The notes: generated by a model from the sequence alone, not told the origin. Counted from the stretch's first letter, positions 52,215 to 61,123 are shown. The stretch: 64,000 nt of DNA from Ilumatobacteraceae bacterium (GCA_963734555.1 CAVTHQ010000010.1:21896-85895); one strand, 5' to 3'. Translations and numbers: made by a program.

Positions 52215-53096
52215 CTACGGCGCCTGGAGGCGCCGATGAGTGAACGTCGCCAGGCAGAAGAGGCCGTACGCGGCGAACCCGATTCCGACGACGAAGACCA
52301 CGATGACCCCCCACCCCGTGGTTGCCATGCGTCGCAGGGCACCGTCCAAGCCGGTGGCCTCGTTGGCGTTGTAGGTGATCGCCGACCGCAACAGGAAGAA
52401 GCCCACCAGGCCGATGCCGATGCCGCGCCCGATCTCGCCAACGGCTCCCAGTCGTTTGCTCCACGAGATCCGTGTCGGTGACATGCCCGACAGGTCGAGC
52501 TCGTCGGCGACGTCGAGCTTGACGCCCTTCGAGAGGCGATAGAGGCCGACCGCCATCACGATCACTCCGAGCACACCGATCACCAACCTTCCGGCGCTGT
52601 GGGTCATCATCGACGCTGAGATGTCGGTGACCTTCTTGTTGCCATTCGGATCGGTTTGGGTACGGCGGGCAAGCGCGATCGCACTGACGGCGAACGTCGT
52701 GTAGATCACCGCGCTGACCAAGTAGCCGATGCGGTGTACACGTGCCTTGGTGTCGTGGCCGCCCGGCAGGAGGGCCGACACGACCCGCCACGCGGCGTAG
52801 ATCAGCATGCCGATGGCCAACAACCAGAGCAGCAAGACCCCGCCGCCGGACCCGGCCACGGTCTTGATCGCCCCGGTCGGGCTGGCCTCCTGGTTCCCGG
52901 TCGAAGGGCTCTTCGACCAGCCCGATGCCTTGGCCGCGACCGACAACGCAAGCACGCCGGCAATCACGTAGACGACGCCCTTGGCGAACCAACCGGCCCG
53001 GCCGATCTTGACCGCGCCGGGGTGCTCGACGGCGAGCCGACCAACCGGGTTCTCGGCGCTCTTGACGGGATGGTGAATGGACGAAAGCAGTGGCAT
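52215..53096 (-). CDS. DUF1206-type repeat membrane protein
   Basis: 293 aa with three repeats of a two-TM unit (KG.VY...G.LA...). The DUF1206 assignment is from memory. Confidence 0.6.
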   Translation of the reverse strand: MPLLSSIHHPVKSAENPVGRLAVEHPGAVKIGRAGWFAKGVVYVIAGVLALSVAAKASGWSKSPSTGNQEASPTGAIKTVAGSGGGVLLLWLLAIGMLIYAAWRVVSALLPGGHDTKARVHRIGYLVSAVIYTTFAVSAIALARRTQTDPNGNKKVTDISASMMTHSAGRLVIGVLGVIVMAVGLYRLSKGVKLDVADELDLSGMSPTRISWSKRLGAVGEIGRGIGIGLVGFFLLRSAITYNANEATGLDGALRRMATTGWGVIVVFVVGIGFAAYGLFCLATFTHRRLQAP

Positions 53097-53174
53097 GGGG
53101 TCTCCTCGACGACCGGTTCGGTGTCGATGAGCTATTCCCGTTGAGCCGCCCGCTCAAACTGCGTTCGAAGTTCG

Positions 53175-54308
53175 CTATCGCGAGCGTCCGAGGGTGACGG
53201 CTGCCTCGCGATGCAGCCGACCGAAGTTGTAGTACGCCGCACACGCACCCTCCGATGACACCATGCAGGTTCCGATCGGCGTTTCCGGCGTGCATGCCGT
53301 GCCGAACACCTTGCACTCCCACGGTTTGATGACGCCCTTCAGCACCTCACCGCACTGGCAGGCCTTCGGATCGGCGACGCGCACTCCGGGGACGCTGTAG
53401 TGCAGCTCTGCATCCCATGCGGCGAACTCCGCACGCAAGCGCAATGCGCTCTGCGAGATGAACCCGAGCCCGCGCCATTCGAAGTGGGGCCGGAGCTCGA
53501 ACACCTCGGCGAGGATCTCGAGTGCCCGCGGGTTGCCTTCGTCGCGCACGACTCGCACGTATTGGTTCTCCACCTCGCAACGACCTTCGCGGATCTGGGC
53601 GAGCAGCATCATGATCGCCTGCAGGATGTCGAGCGGCTCGAACCCAGCGGTGACCAACGGCTTGCCGTACTTCTCCGGCACGAATCGGTAGGGCCGGTTG
53701 CCGACCACGGTCGAGACGTGACCGGGCCCGAGGAAGCCGTCGAGCCGGAGGTCGGGAGATTCGAGGATCGCCTTGATCGGCGGCACGATCGTGACGTGGT
53801 TGGAGAACACGTGGAAGTTGGTGACGCCCTTCGATCGCGCCTGCAGCAACGTGATGGCCGTGGAGGGAGCAGTCGTTTCGAAGCCGACGGCGAAGAACAC
53901 GACGGGGCGATCGGGATGCTCGATCGCGATCTGCAGGGCGTCGAGCGGCGAGTACACGAAGCGCACGTCGGCACCGCGCGCCTTGGCCTCCAGCAAGTTG
54001 CCGTTGCTGCCGGGCACGCGCATCATGTCGCCGAACGAGGTGAAGATCACGTCGGGCGTCTCTGCGATCGCGATCGCGTCGTCGACGCGACCCATCGGGA
54101 TCACGCACACCGGGCAGCCCGGCCCGTGGACGAGCTCGACCGATTGTGGCAACACGTGCTCGATGCCGTGCCGGTAGATGGTGTGGGTGTGGCCGCCACA
54201 CACCTCCATGAACTTGAAGTGGTCGTCGCCGGCCAGGTCGGTGATGCGGGCAACCAGCCGACGCGCCGCCACCGGGTCTCGGTACTCGTCGACGAACTTC
54301 ATCGGCAT
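53175..54308 (-). CDS. hypD: Hydrogenase maturation protein HypD
   Basis: FMEVCGGHTH, GPGCPVCV, FVSNHV-type region and C-terminal cysteines ...CQCGEVL...CTPE...GTCMVSSEGACAAYY. Confidence 0.95.
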   Translation of the reverse strand: MPMKFVDEYRDPVAARRLVARITDLAGDDHFKFMEVCGGHTHTIYRHGIEHVLPQSVELVHGPGCPVCVIPMGRVDDAIAIAETPDVIFTSFGDMMRVPGSNGNLLEAKARGADVRFVYSPLDALQIAIEHPDRPVVFFAVGFETTAPSTAITLLQARSKGVTNFHVFSNHVTIVPPIKAILESPDLRLDGFLGPGHVSTVVGNRPYRFVPEKYGKPLVTAGFEPLDILQAIMMLLAQIREGRCEVENQYVRVVRDEGNPRALEILAEVFELRPHFEWRGLGFISQSALRLRAEFAAWDAELHYSVPGVRVADPKACQCGEVLKGVIKPWECKVFGTACTPETPIGTCMVSSEGACAAYYNFGRLHREAAVTLGRSR

Positions 54309-54428
54309 GTCATCCGGTCGGACGCAGCGCAGTCACCGAGCTCTCTCAGTCCGACCGACCCACGATCGCCCGACTTCGTGCCCATCACGTAGCCGACGAT
54401 CACCCCGATGGTGACTCCCATTGCTCGC

Positions 54429-54731
54429 TCACTCCTCTCGTACCCCTTGTGTGGTGGTTGTTGTTGACGGCGAGGCCAGCAGCGCTTCGACCTCGTCGGT
54501 GAAGATCCCGCCCATCATCTGCAGCGAGGCCAGCGCGAGGTTTGCTTCCTCCTCGTTGATCTTCGACATCGCGAAACCGACGTGGATGAGCACCCAATCT
54601 CCTGGTACGAGGTGCTCGTCCTCGAGCAGGGCGACGTTGATCACCCGGCCGACGCCGTTCACTTCGACACGGGCCAGGTGTTCGTGCTGAACGTTGGTCT
54701 CGATGATCTGACCGGGAATGCCGAGGCACAT
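54429..54731 (-). CDS. hypC: Hydrogenase assembly chaperone HypC/HupF
   Basis: MCLGIPGQIIE N-terminus with the essential Cys2, and ...GDWVLIHVGFAMSKI. Confidence 0.9.
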   Translation of the reverse strand: MCLGIPGQIIETNVQHEHLARVEVNGVGRVINVALLEDEHLVPGDWVLIHVGFAMSKINEEEANLALASLQMMGGIFTDEVEALLASPSTTTTTQGVREE

Positions 54732-54732
54732 C

Positions 54733-55242
54733 TCAGGTCTCCTTCTCGGCGACGATCTCGACGCGCACGCTGACCTCGGGTTGCACCTTGAGCATCAGAA
54801 TGCGAGGGGGTTCCATTCCGAAGTCGCGGATGTCGAAGGTCGATCGTCCGGCGAGCCTGACGGTGCCGCCGTCGATCTCCACGGTCATCTCGTCCTCGTA
54901 CGTTCGGGCCACCCCTCGAAAGGTGAGATCGCCACTGACGAGGTAACGCGACGTGTCGCCGGTGTGCTTCATCGCTTTGAGGTCGCCACTGATCGTCGGA
55001 TACCGACGGGCGTCAGTGCGCCTTCGCATCTCGCGGTCTTCGAGCGGGTTGCCCGACTTGAGATTGTCGATCGGGAACTCGAGATGCCCGCGCGGTGTCC
55101 GGTCGCCATTGATCTTGCCGCCGCTCGAGCGCAACTCGAGCCAGCCCTCCAAACCCTCGGCCTCGGTGTGGATCGGGTGCACGTTGGAGCGCGCATCGAT
55201 CCACACGCGCGACTTCGAGGGGATGATCCGGTATCGAGCCAC
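54733..55242 (-). CDS. YceI-like domain protein embedded in the hyp operon
   Basis: 169 aa. The pattern S.V.....S..H...G....L.G...... and GDLTFRGVAR... resembles the YceI lipid/polyisoprenoid-binding fold (from memory). Only 1 nt separates it from the hypC start. Confidence 0.65.
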   Translation of the reverse strand: MARYRIIPSKSRVWIDARSNVHPIHTEAEGLEGWLELRSSGGKINGDRTPRGHLEFPIDNLKSGNPLEDREMRRRTDARRYPTISGDLKAMKHTGDTSRYLVSGDLTFRGVARTYEDEMTVEIDGGTVRLAGRSTFDIRDFGMEPPRILMLKVQPEVSVRVEIVAEKET

Positions 55243-55249
55243 CGGGCGA

Positions 55250-55354
55250 CTACATCTCGCGGATCTTGAGGTAGCGGGCGATATCGGGGAGCGACTTCAC
55301 GATCAGAGTGGCGATGAAGGCCAGCAGAACCGAGTAGATGAGTTTGCGGATCAT
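55250..55354 (-). CDS. 34-aa single-TM micro-protein (below the ORF-track cutoff)
   Basis: My own translation of the minus strand gives ATG 55354 ... TAG 55250, MIRKLIYSVLLAFIATLIVKSLPDIARYLKIREM, preceded by AAGGA 9 nt upstream. It sits between hypF and the YceI gene on the same strand. Confidence 0.45.
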   Translation of the reverse strand: MIRKLIYSVLLAFIATLIVKSLPDIARYLKIREM

Positions 55355-55461
55355 GACTGAAGTTCCTTTGTTGCGCTGAAAGAGATGTCGGCGACGACTC
55401 GATGAACGGCTTCGACGGCTGGAGCCACTGCCGAGGCTACGGGCTCGGAGAGGCCAAGCCC

Positions 55462-57768
55462 TCAGCTCGCGACCGTGGACGCTGCGGCGATGGCCGCCTG
55501 GCCGATGCTGATGCCGCCATCGTTCGGTGGGATCGCCCCGTGGACGAGCACCTCCAAACCGCTCAGATGCAGGCCTTCTTCGACCACTTCGGAGAACCGG
55601 GCGTTCTGGAACACGCCACCGGTGAGGGCGACCGTGTCGAGGCCGTGCTCACGAGCCACCATCGCCGCCATCGTCGCCGTCGCACGCCCGAAGGCCTCGT
55701 GGAAGCCTGCCGCGAGAAGGCGACGATCGGTCCCTGCGTCGAGGTCGGCGAGCAGCGCGCCGACGAGCGGCGCAGGATCGAGAACGAACAGGTCACCCGT
55801 TCGGGTGATCATGACGTGCTCGTCGTATCGCGGCGCGTCGCCGCGCGCGACAGTTCGGGCCAAGGCCTCCAACTCGATCGCGGCCTGTGCCTCGTAGCTG
55901 ACCACTTGGCGCCCACCGAGCAGTGCTGCGATCGCGTCGAACAACCGGCCGGCGCTCGTCGTGACCGGCGAGGCAGGACGCTCGGCAAGATCCAACACGA
56001 CCTCGATCGCCGTCTCATCGACGCCGCACTGGTGCGCGCGGGTCGCTGCCTCGAGGCGTCCGTTCGCAGCGGTAGACCACACTGCGCCCATTCGCCACGG
56101 CTGTCGGATCGACGCAACGCCGCCGGGCATCCGAACGGCGCGAAGGTGGCCGACGCGCCGCGACGTGTTGAAGTCGGCGATCAAGAACTCACCGCCCCAC
56201 AGCGAGCCGTCGGGTCCGTACCCGAGGCCGTCGTAGGCGATGCCGAGCACCGGCGTGGTGCGGCCGTGCTCGACCATGCACGCCGCGACGTGGGCATGAT
56301 GATGCTGCACGGCGATCGTGGGAAGGTCGAGCTGCGTCGCCCATTTGCTCGACAGGTACTCGGGGTGCATGTCGTGGGCGACAAGTTCTGGCACCACCCC
56401 ATAGAGACGGGGGAGGTGTTCGACGGCCTGCAGGAACGAGCGATAGGTGGCCAGGTGCTCGAGATCGCCGATGTGGTGGCTGGCAACGACCCAATCGTTC
56501 CTGGCGACGCTCACGGTGCTCTTCAACTCGGCGCCGACGGCGAGAACCGGGCGCGCCGCGCGAAACGGCAGTGCGACCGTCTCGGGCGCGTAGCCCCGCG
56601 AGCGTCGCAGCACCTGTACGCGCCCGGCCGTCGCCCGAACCACCGAGTCGTCGCAGCGGATGTGGATCGGGCGGTCGTGCTGCAGCAGACCATCGACGAG
56701 GGGGCCGAGCCGGGCCGAGGCGTCGGCGTCGTCGTGGGCGATGGGCTCGTCACCGAGGTTGCCGCTGGTCATCACCAGAGGCCGACGGGCTCGCTGCAGC
56801 AGCAGGTGATGCAGCGGGCTGTACGGCAGCATCAGCCCCAGTTCGGCCAGACCCGGAGCAACTCCTGCAGCAATGCCGTTGCCGGCCCGGCGAGGAGCCA
56901 GCACGATCGGGCGGCGGATCGACGAGAGCGCGGCGAGGGCGGCGTCATCGAGATCGCACACCTCACGCCCGGCCGCCACGGATTCGACCATGATTGCGAA
57001 CGGCTTGTCGTCGCGGGCCTTGCGCCGCCGGAGCTCGGCCACTGCCGCTTCGCTGGTCGCGTCGGCCACGAGGTGATACCCACCGATGCCCTTCAGTGCC
57101 ACGATCCGGCCGGCGATGATCGCCTCCACCGCAGCATCGAGCGCCGATGGACCGGCGAGGCGATCGGTGCCGACCGGTGCGGCTCGCCAGCTCAGTTGCG
57201 GCCCGCATTCGGGGCAGGCGTTCGGCTGGGCGTGGAATCGCCGATCGGCGGGATCGTCGTATTCGGCCTGACATCGGGGGCACATCGTGAAGCCCGCCAT
57301 GGTGGTGGCCGGTCGGTCGTAGGGCACCCCGAGCACGATGGTGTAGCGGGGGCCGCAGTTGGTGCAGTTGGTGAAGGCGTAGCCGTGGCGCCGATCGTTG
57401 ACGTCATCGACTTCGGCGAGGCAGTCGGCGCAGGTCGTCGTGTCGATGCTCACCGGGGCGTCGGCCGACCCGGTGTCGTGGCTCTCGACGATCCGAAAGC
57501 CGGCGGCGACCCCCGACGGATCCAGTTGCTCGGATTCGACGCCGGCCACTCGGGCCAGCGGTGGTGGGCTCTCGATGAGCAGGCGGGTCAGTTCGGCGAC
57601 TTGCTCGGTGGGGCCCTCGACTTCGATCAGCACGCCGCCACTGTCGTTCAACACGTACCCGGCAAGCCCCAGCGCGACGGCGTGGCGGTACACGAACGGG
57701 CGAAAGCCGACGCCCTGCACGGTGCCAGTGACCCGCAATCGCTCCCTGGTGATCGCTCTGCCCGACAC
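55462..57768 (-). CDS. hypF: Carbamoyltransferase HypF
   Basis: 768 aa. Acylphosphatase domain VQGVGFRPFVYR, two CxxC-x18-CxxC zinc fingers (CADCLAEV...CTNCGPRY; CPRCQAEY...CPECGP), and YrdC and Kae1-like domains. Confidence 0.96.
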   Translation of the reverse strand: MSGRAITRERLRVTGTVQGVGFRPFVYRHAVALGLAGYVLNDSGGVLIEVEGPTEQVAELTRLLIESPPPLARVAGVESEQLDPSGVAAGFRIVESHDTGSADAPVSIDTTTCADCLAEVDDVNDRRHGYAFTNCTNCGPRYTIVLGVPYDRPATTMAGFTMCPRCQAEYDDPADRRFHAQPNACPECGPQLSWRAAPVGTDRLAGPSALDAAVEAIIAGRIVALKGIGGYHLVADATSEAAVAELRRRKARDDKPFAIMVESVAAGREVCDLDDAALAALSSIRRPIVLAPRRAGNGIAAGVAPGLAELGLMLPYSPLHHLLLQRARRPLVMTSGNLGDEPIAHDDADASARLGPLVDGLLQHDRPIHIRCDDSVVRATAGRVQVLRRSRGYAPETVALPFRAARPVLAVGAELKSTVSVARNDWVVASHHIGDLEHLATYRSFLQAVEHLPRLYGVVPELVAHDMHPEYLSSKWATQLDLPTIAVQHHHAHVAACMVEHGRTTPVLGIAYDGLGYGPDGSLWGGEFLIADFNTSRRVGHLRAVRMPGGVASIRQPWRMGAVWSTAANGRLEAATRAHQCGVDETAIEVVLDLAERPASPVTTSAGRLFDAIAALLGGRQVVSYEAQAAIELEALARTVARGDAPRYDEHVMITRTGDLFVLDPAPLVGALLADLDAGTDRRLLAAGFHEAFGRATATMAAMVAREHGLDTVALTGGVFQNARFSEVVEEGLHLSGLEVLVHGAIPPNDGGISIGQAAIAAASTVAS

Positions 57769-57772
57769 GGCT

Positions 57773-58858
57773 TCAGCAGATTCGAGGCAGCGGGTCGCCC
57801 ACCAGCATGTCGACGATCCGCGTGCCGCCGAAGCTCGTGAGCAGTACGACGATGGCCTCCGGCTCGGCCATGATCTCGCCGATCCGCGTCGCGTTCGTAC
57901 CGAGGGGGTTGGACCGCATGGCGATCAGCGCCGCGTCGGCCTCGTCCGGTGCGACCACGGCAACGACCTTGCCTTCGTTGGCGACGTACAGCGGATCGAT
58001 CCCGAGCAGATCGCAGGCACCAACCACGGCAGGCGCAATCGGCAACAACCTCTCGTCGAGCACCACAGCGAGATTCGAATCACGGGCCAGTTCGTTGCAC
58101 ACGGTGGCGACGCCCCCGCGTGTCGGGTCGCGCATCCAGCGCGTCGACGGTGCCGCCTCGAGCAGCGCCTCGATCAGTTCGTGCAGCGAGGCCGTGTCGG
58201 AACGGATGTCTGCGTCGAGTTTCAGATCGCCGCGGGCGAGCATGACCGCCATGCCGTGGTCGGCCATGTTGCCGGAGAGCAACACGACGTCGCCGGGGCA
58301 GATCAGCTCGGGCCCGAGGCGTCGCTGTGGCGAGATGCAGCCGATGCCCGCGGTCGTGATGTACAGGCCATCGGCTGCCCCCCTTCCCACCACCTTGGTA
58401 TCACCGGTGACGAGTTGCACACCGGCGATCGCTGCGGCCTCGGCCATGTCACCGGCGATCTGACGGAGCTCGTCGATCGGGAAGCCTTCCTCGATCACGA
58501 ATGCAACCGACAGCCACATCGGTCTGGCGCCCGACACGGCAAGGTCGTTGACCGTGCCGTGCACGGCGAGATGCCCGATCGAGCCGCCAGGGAAGCGGCG
58601 CGGTTGCACGACGAAGGAATCGGTGGTGAACGCCATTCGCTCGCCGCTGGGCAGCGTCAGGGTCGCGGCGTCGGCCAACGGTGTGCGATCCCCTCCGGTG
58701 AACGCCTCGATGAACACGGCGTCGACGAGCGCGGCCGAGGCCTTGCCGCCGGCACCGTGGGCCAGTGTGATCATGTCGTCGGTGAGGCGTGGTCGGCGTC
58801 GACGGTACGCCTCGATCCGATCGAGCACCGCAGCTTCGCGCTCGCCCAACGTCGTCAT
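57773..58858 (-). CDS. hypE: Hydrogenase maturation protein HypE
   Basis: ATG 58858 (MTTLGE). HGAGGK, the DLAVSGA PurM-like fold, and the C-terminal PRIC cyanation motif. Confidence 0.93.
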   Translation of the reverse strand: MTTLGEREAAVLDRIEAYRRRRPRLTDDMITLAHGAGGKASAALVDAVFIEAFTGGDRTPLADAATLTLPSGERMAFTTDSFVVQPRRFPGGSIGHLAVHGTVNDLAVSGARPMWLSVAFVIEEGFPIDELRQIAGDMAEAAAIAGVQLVTGDTKVVGRGAADGLYITTAGIGCISPQRRLGPELICPGDVVLLSGNMADHGMAVMLARGDLKLDADIRSDTASLHELIEALLEAAPSTRWMRDPTRGGVATVCNELARDSNLAVVLDERLLPIAPAVVGACDLLGIDPLYVANEGKVVAVVAPDEADAALIAMRSNPLGTNATRIGEIMAEPEAIVVLLTSFGGTRIVDMLVGDPLPRIC

Positions 58859-59526
58859 CGTCGATCTCCTGATCCGGATCCCTGCGCCGAACACCTCGTC
58901 TGAACCTCGCTCCACAGCGCGAACCCGAGTGCGGCCTGAGTCTCTTGAATTCGGTGGACGCTGTCGTCGTCGACCAGCAGGCAGTGCCGCACGTGGGGCG
59001 AGCGCGCCATGTCGCCGCCCGAGTAGCCGGCGATGCCAATGGTCAGCAGGCCACGCTCGGATGCTTCTTGGAATGCGTAGAGCAGGTTGCGCGAGTTCCC
59101 GCTCGTCGACAGCCCAATGGCGATGTCGGCCTCGGCTGCGTGGGCGATGAGCTGCCGGGAGAACACCAGATCGAACCCCACGTCATTGCCGATCGCAGTC
59201 AGCACGGCGGAGTCGTCGACAAGAGCACGTGCCGGTAGCGGTTGGCCCCAGGGCGGTTGCAGGAACAGCGCTGCGAGCGACGCCGCGTCGGTGGAGCTCC
59301 CGCCGTTGCCGAAGGCGTAGAGCCGACCTCCCCGCGAGAAGCGAATGCTCATGTCCTCGGCTGCGGTCTCGATCACCGACGTCGAACGAAGAAGCGTCGC
59401 CTGTTGGAGCGCGGCGCTCGTTCGAGCCTTGGCGCGCGCCGACTCGCTGAGATCGATCAACAGCGCGCCCGTGTCGCGCTCGTCGGCCTCGATGAACGGG
59501 TACAGGAAGTCGGTGGCGTCGCTCAC
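58855..59526 (-). CDS. SIS-domain (GmhA-like) protein in the hyp operon
   Basis: FGNGGSSTDAASLAALF and GLSTSGNSRNLL are the phosphosugar-isomerase SIS motifs. Confidence 0.8.
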   Translation of the reverse strand: MSDATDFLYPFIEADERDTGALLIDLSESARAKARTSAALQQATLLRSTSVIETAAEDMSIRFSRGGRLYAFGNGGSSTDAASLAALFLQPPWGQPLPARALVDDSAVLTAIGNDVGFDLVFSRQLIAHAAEADIAIGLSTSGNSRNLLYAFQEASERGLLTIGIAGYSGGDMARSPHVRHCLLVDDDSVHRIQETQAALGFALWSEVQTRCSAQGSGSGDRR

Positions 59527-60224
59527 GGAACCTCGGCGATGGCTGCGCCGGCATGGATCAACACGAGGTCACCCGGAGCGACGACGGCGACGATCGTCGT
59601 GTCGATCGTCTCGATGCCACGCGCTGTGCGCACTCGCGCCGAACCGTCGTCGGCGGTGGTGATCACCTCACCGAGTCGGCCTTCGTCGGAACAGGTGATG
59701 CAAGCCTCGCCGTCGACGCATACCCCATCGTCGATCTTCGTGAGCAGTCCGGGATGCTCGAAGCAGACATGGGTGAGCTCCCACAGGACGTGGTAGAGCA
59801 AGACCAACCGTCCGTCGTGGGCGGCCGAGCCATGGGTTGCGTCGGCGTCGTCGTCCGCCCACACGATGTGATCGGCCGCATCGTCGGATGGGCGCGAGCC
59901 GCATCCCATCCAGATCGTCGTTGCACCCCACGCGGCCGCTCGACGGGCGACCGTGAGCGCGATCGCATCGTCACTGCTGCCGATGATCAGGATCACGTCA
60001 TCGGCGCGCACCAGTGCACGCAGCGCTGCAACGGGGTCGGCTGCGTCGATGCTCACCGCTGGAAGCGCCCGCTTGCCGACCACGACCGGATGGACGAACT
60101 CGACGGCGACGTGACGGGCGTGTTCGGGCCATTGCGGCGCGAGGCACCACATCGTGGCACCGTTGGCGAATCGACGCGCCAGGCTCATCGATGTGACGGC
60201 CAAGCAATCACCGATGTCAGCCAT
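59523..60224 (-). CDS. Degenerate SIS-like N-domain fused to a HypC/HupF-like C-domain
   Basis: The N-terminal half HVAVEFVHPVVVGKRALPA is SIS-like without the Ser/Thr-rich loop. The C-terminal roughly 65 aa, CITCSDEGRLGEVI...ARVRTARGIETIDTTIV...PGDLVLIHAGAAI, parallel HypC (MCLGIPGQIIE...GDWVLIHVGFAM). Confidence 0.6.
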   Translation of the reverse strand: MADIGDCLAVTSMSLARRFANGATMWCLAPQWPEHARHVAVEFVHPVVVGKRALPAVSIDAADPVAALRALVRADDVILIIGSSDDAIALTVARRAAAWGATTIWMGCGSRPSDDAADHIVWADDDADATHGSAAHDGRLVLLYHVLWELTHVCFEHPGLLTKIDDGVCVDGEACITCSDEGRLGEVITTADDGSARVRTARGIETIDTTIVAVVAPGDLVLIHAGAAIAEVP

Positions 60225-60397
60225 CGTCGGGACAGTACGCCCATTCCCTTCGCAGCGGCAAGGCCTTGGTCGATCACAGCGACGACGCGGGCGGGCGGTC
60301 GAATCGTCGGTCGTGTCGTGGGTGTCGTCGCCTCCCGTAGTCCGATCGGGTCGTTGTCAAGGCGCCGGCGGCGAGTCGCGTTCTCTAGTGTTCGATC

Positions 60398-60742
60398 GTG
60401 CACGAGGTCTCGATCTGCACGGCCATCGCCAAGATCGCCCACAACGCCGCGGCCGGCCGCCCGGTCGAGCGTGTGCGCGTCGACGTCGGCCATCTCCGGC
60501 AAGTCGTGCCCGAGACATTGCGTCATAGCTGGGAGATGGTGGTATTCGGCACCCCGCTCGACGGTGTGCCGCTGGAGGTTCGCGAGGTGCCGGCAGTGAT
60601 CGAGTGCCGTCGGTGTCAGACCCTGACGCGGCTCGATGATCCGATCTTTCGATGTGGGGCATGTGGGTCGACCGAGACCGATGTGGTCAGCGGCAACGAG
60701 CTGTTCGTCACGTCGCTCGACGTCACCGTCGACGCATCATGA
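60398..60742 (+). CDS. hypA: Hydrogenase nickel-insertion protein HypA
   Basis: (M)HEVSIC N-terminal Ni site and CRRC...CGAC zinc site; 114 aa; GTG start. Confidence 0.87.
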   Translation: MHEVSICTAIAKIAHNAAAGRPVERVRVDVGHLRQVVPETLRHSWEMVVFGTPLDGVPLEVREVPAVIECRRCQTLTRLDDPIFRCGACGSTETDVVSGNELFVTSLDVTVDAS

Positions 60743-61060
60743 GCCGGCGGGTGTCATCGCCGCGTCGAGGAACCGGGTCCGAACAGCCATGGTGATCCCG
60801 CCGAACGCGATGTGGACGATCGCTGCCCCCGTCGACGATGCCAATCGAGATGTCCGCGCCACGGCAATCGCCAGCAGGGTCACGAGCAGAACTCGAACCA
60901 CTCGCCACGACCACGAACCGTCGAGCCCGACTGTTGCAGCCCATCCCACTGCGATAGCCGTGCACTCGACATGCAGACGGTCGAGCCGGAGCTTCCGGCC
61001 CCATTGGAGACGCGGACCAATCTCGATGAGACGATCATGCGCACCGGGCGTACCGACCAC
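60737..61060 (-). CDS. Hypothetical protein (107 aa), weak call
   Basis: The ORF has mostly G/C at third positions and one or two hydrophobic stretches. I recognised no family. It is last in the NfeD-SPFH-zinc-finger gene string. Confidence 0.3.
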   Translation of the reverse strand: MVGTPGAHDRLIEIGPRLQWGRKLRLDRLHVECTAIAVGWAATVGLDGSWSWRVVRVLLVTLLAIAVARTSRLASSTGAAIVHIAFGGITMAVRTRFLDAAMTPAGS

Positions 61061-61123
61061 GAGGGCCGCATGTCCCGGTTCCGCCTGCCGTTGGGCCGCA
61101 GTGCTATGGCGCTCGTAGGTGGG

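Noticed and set aside
48612-60742. Hydrogenase large/small subunit or maturation protease hidden among hypothetical ORFs of the hyp region
   Set aside because: I scanned the ORF translations for RxCGxCxxxH, DPCxxCxxH and small-subunit Cys clusters and found none. The non-hyp ORFs have other clear identities (PAP2, DAGK, DUF1206, YceI, SIS).
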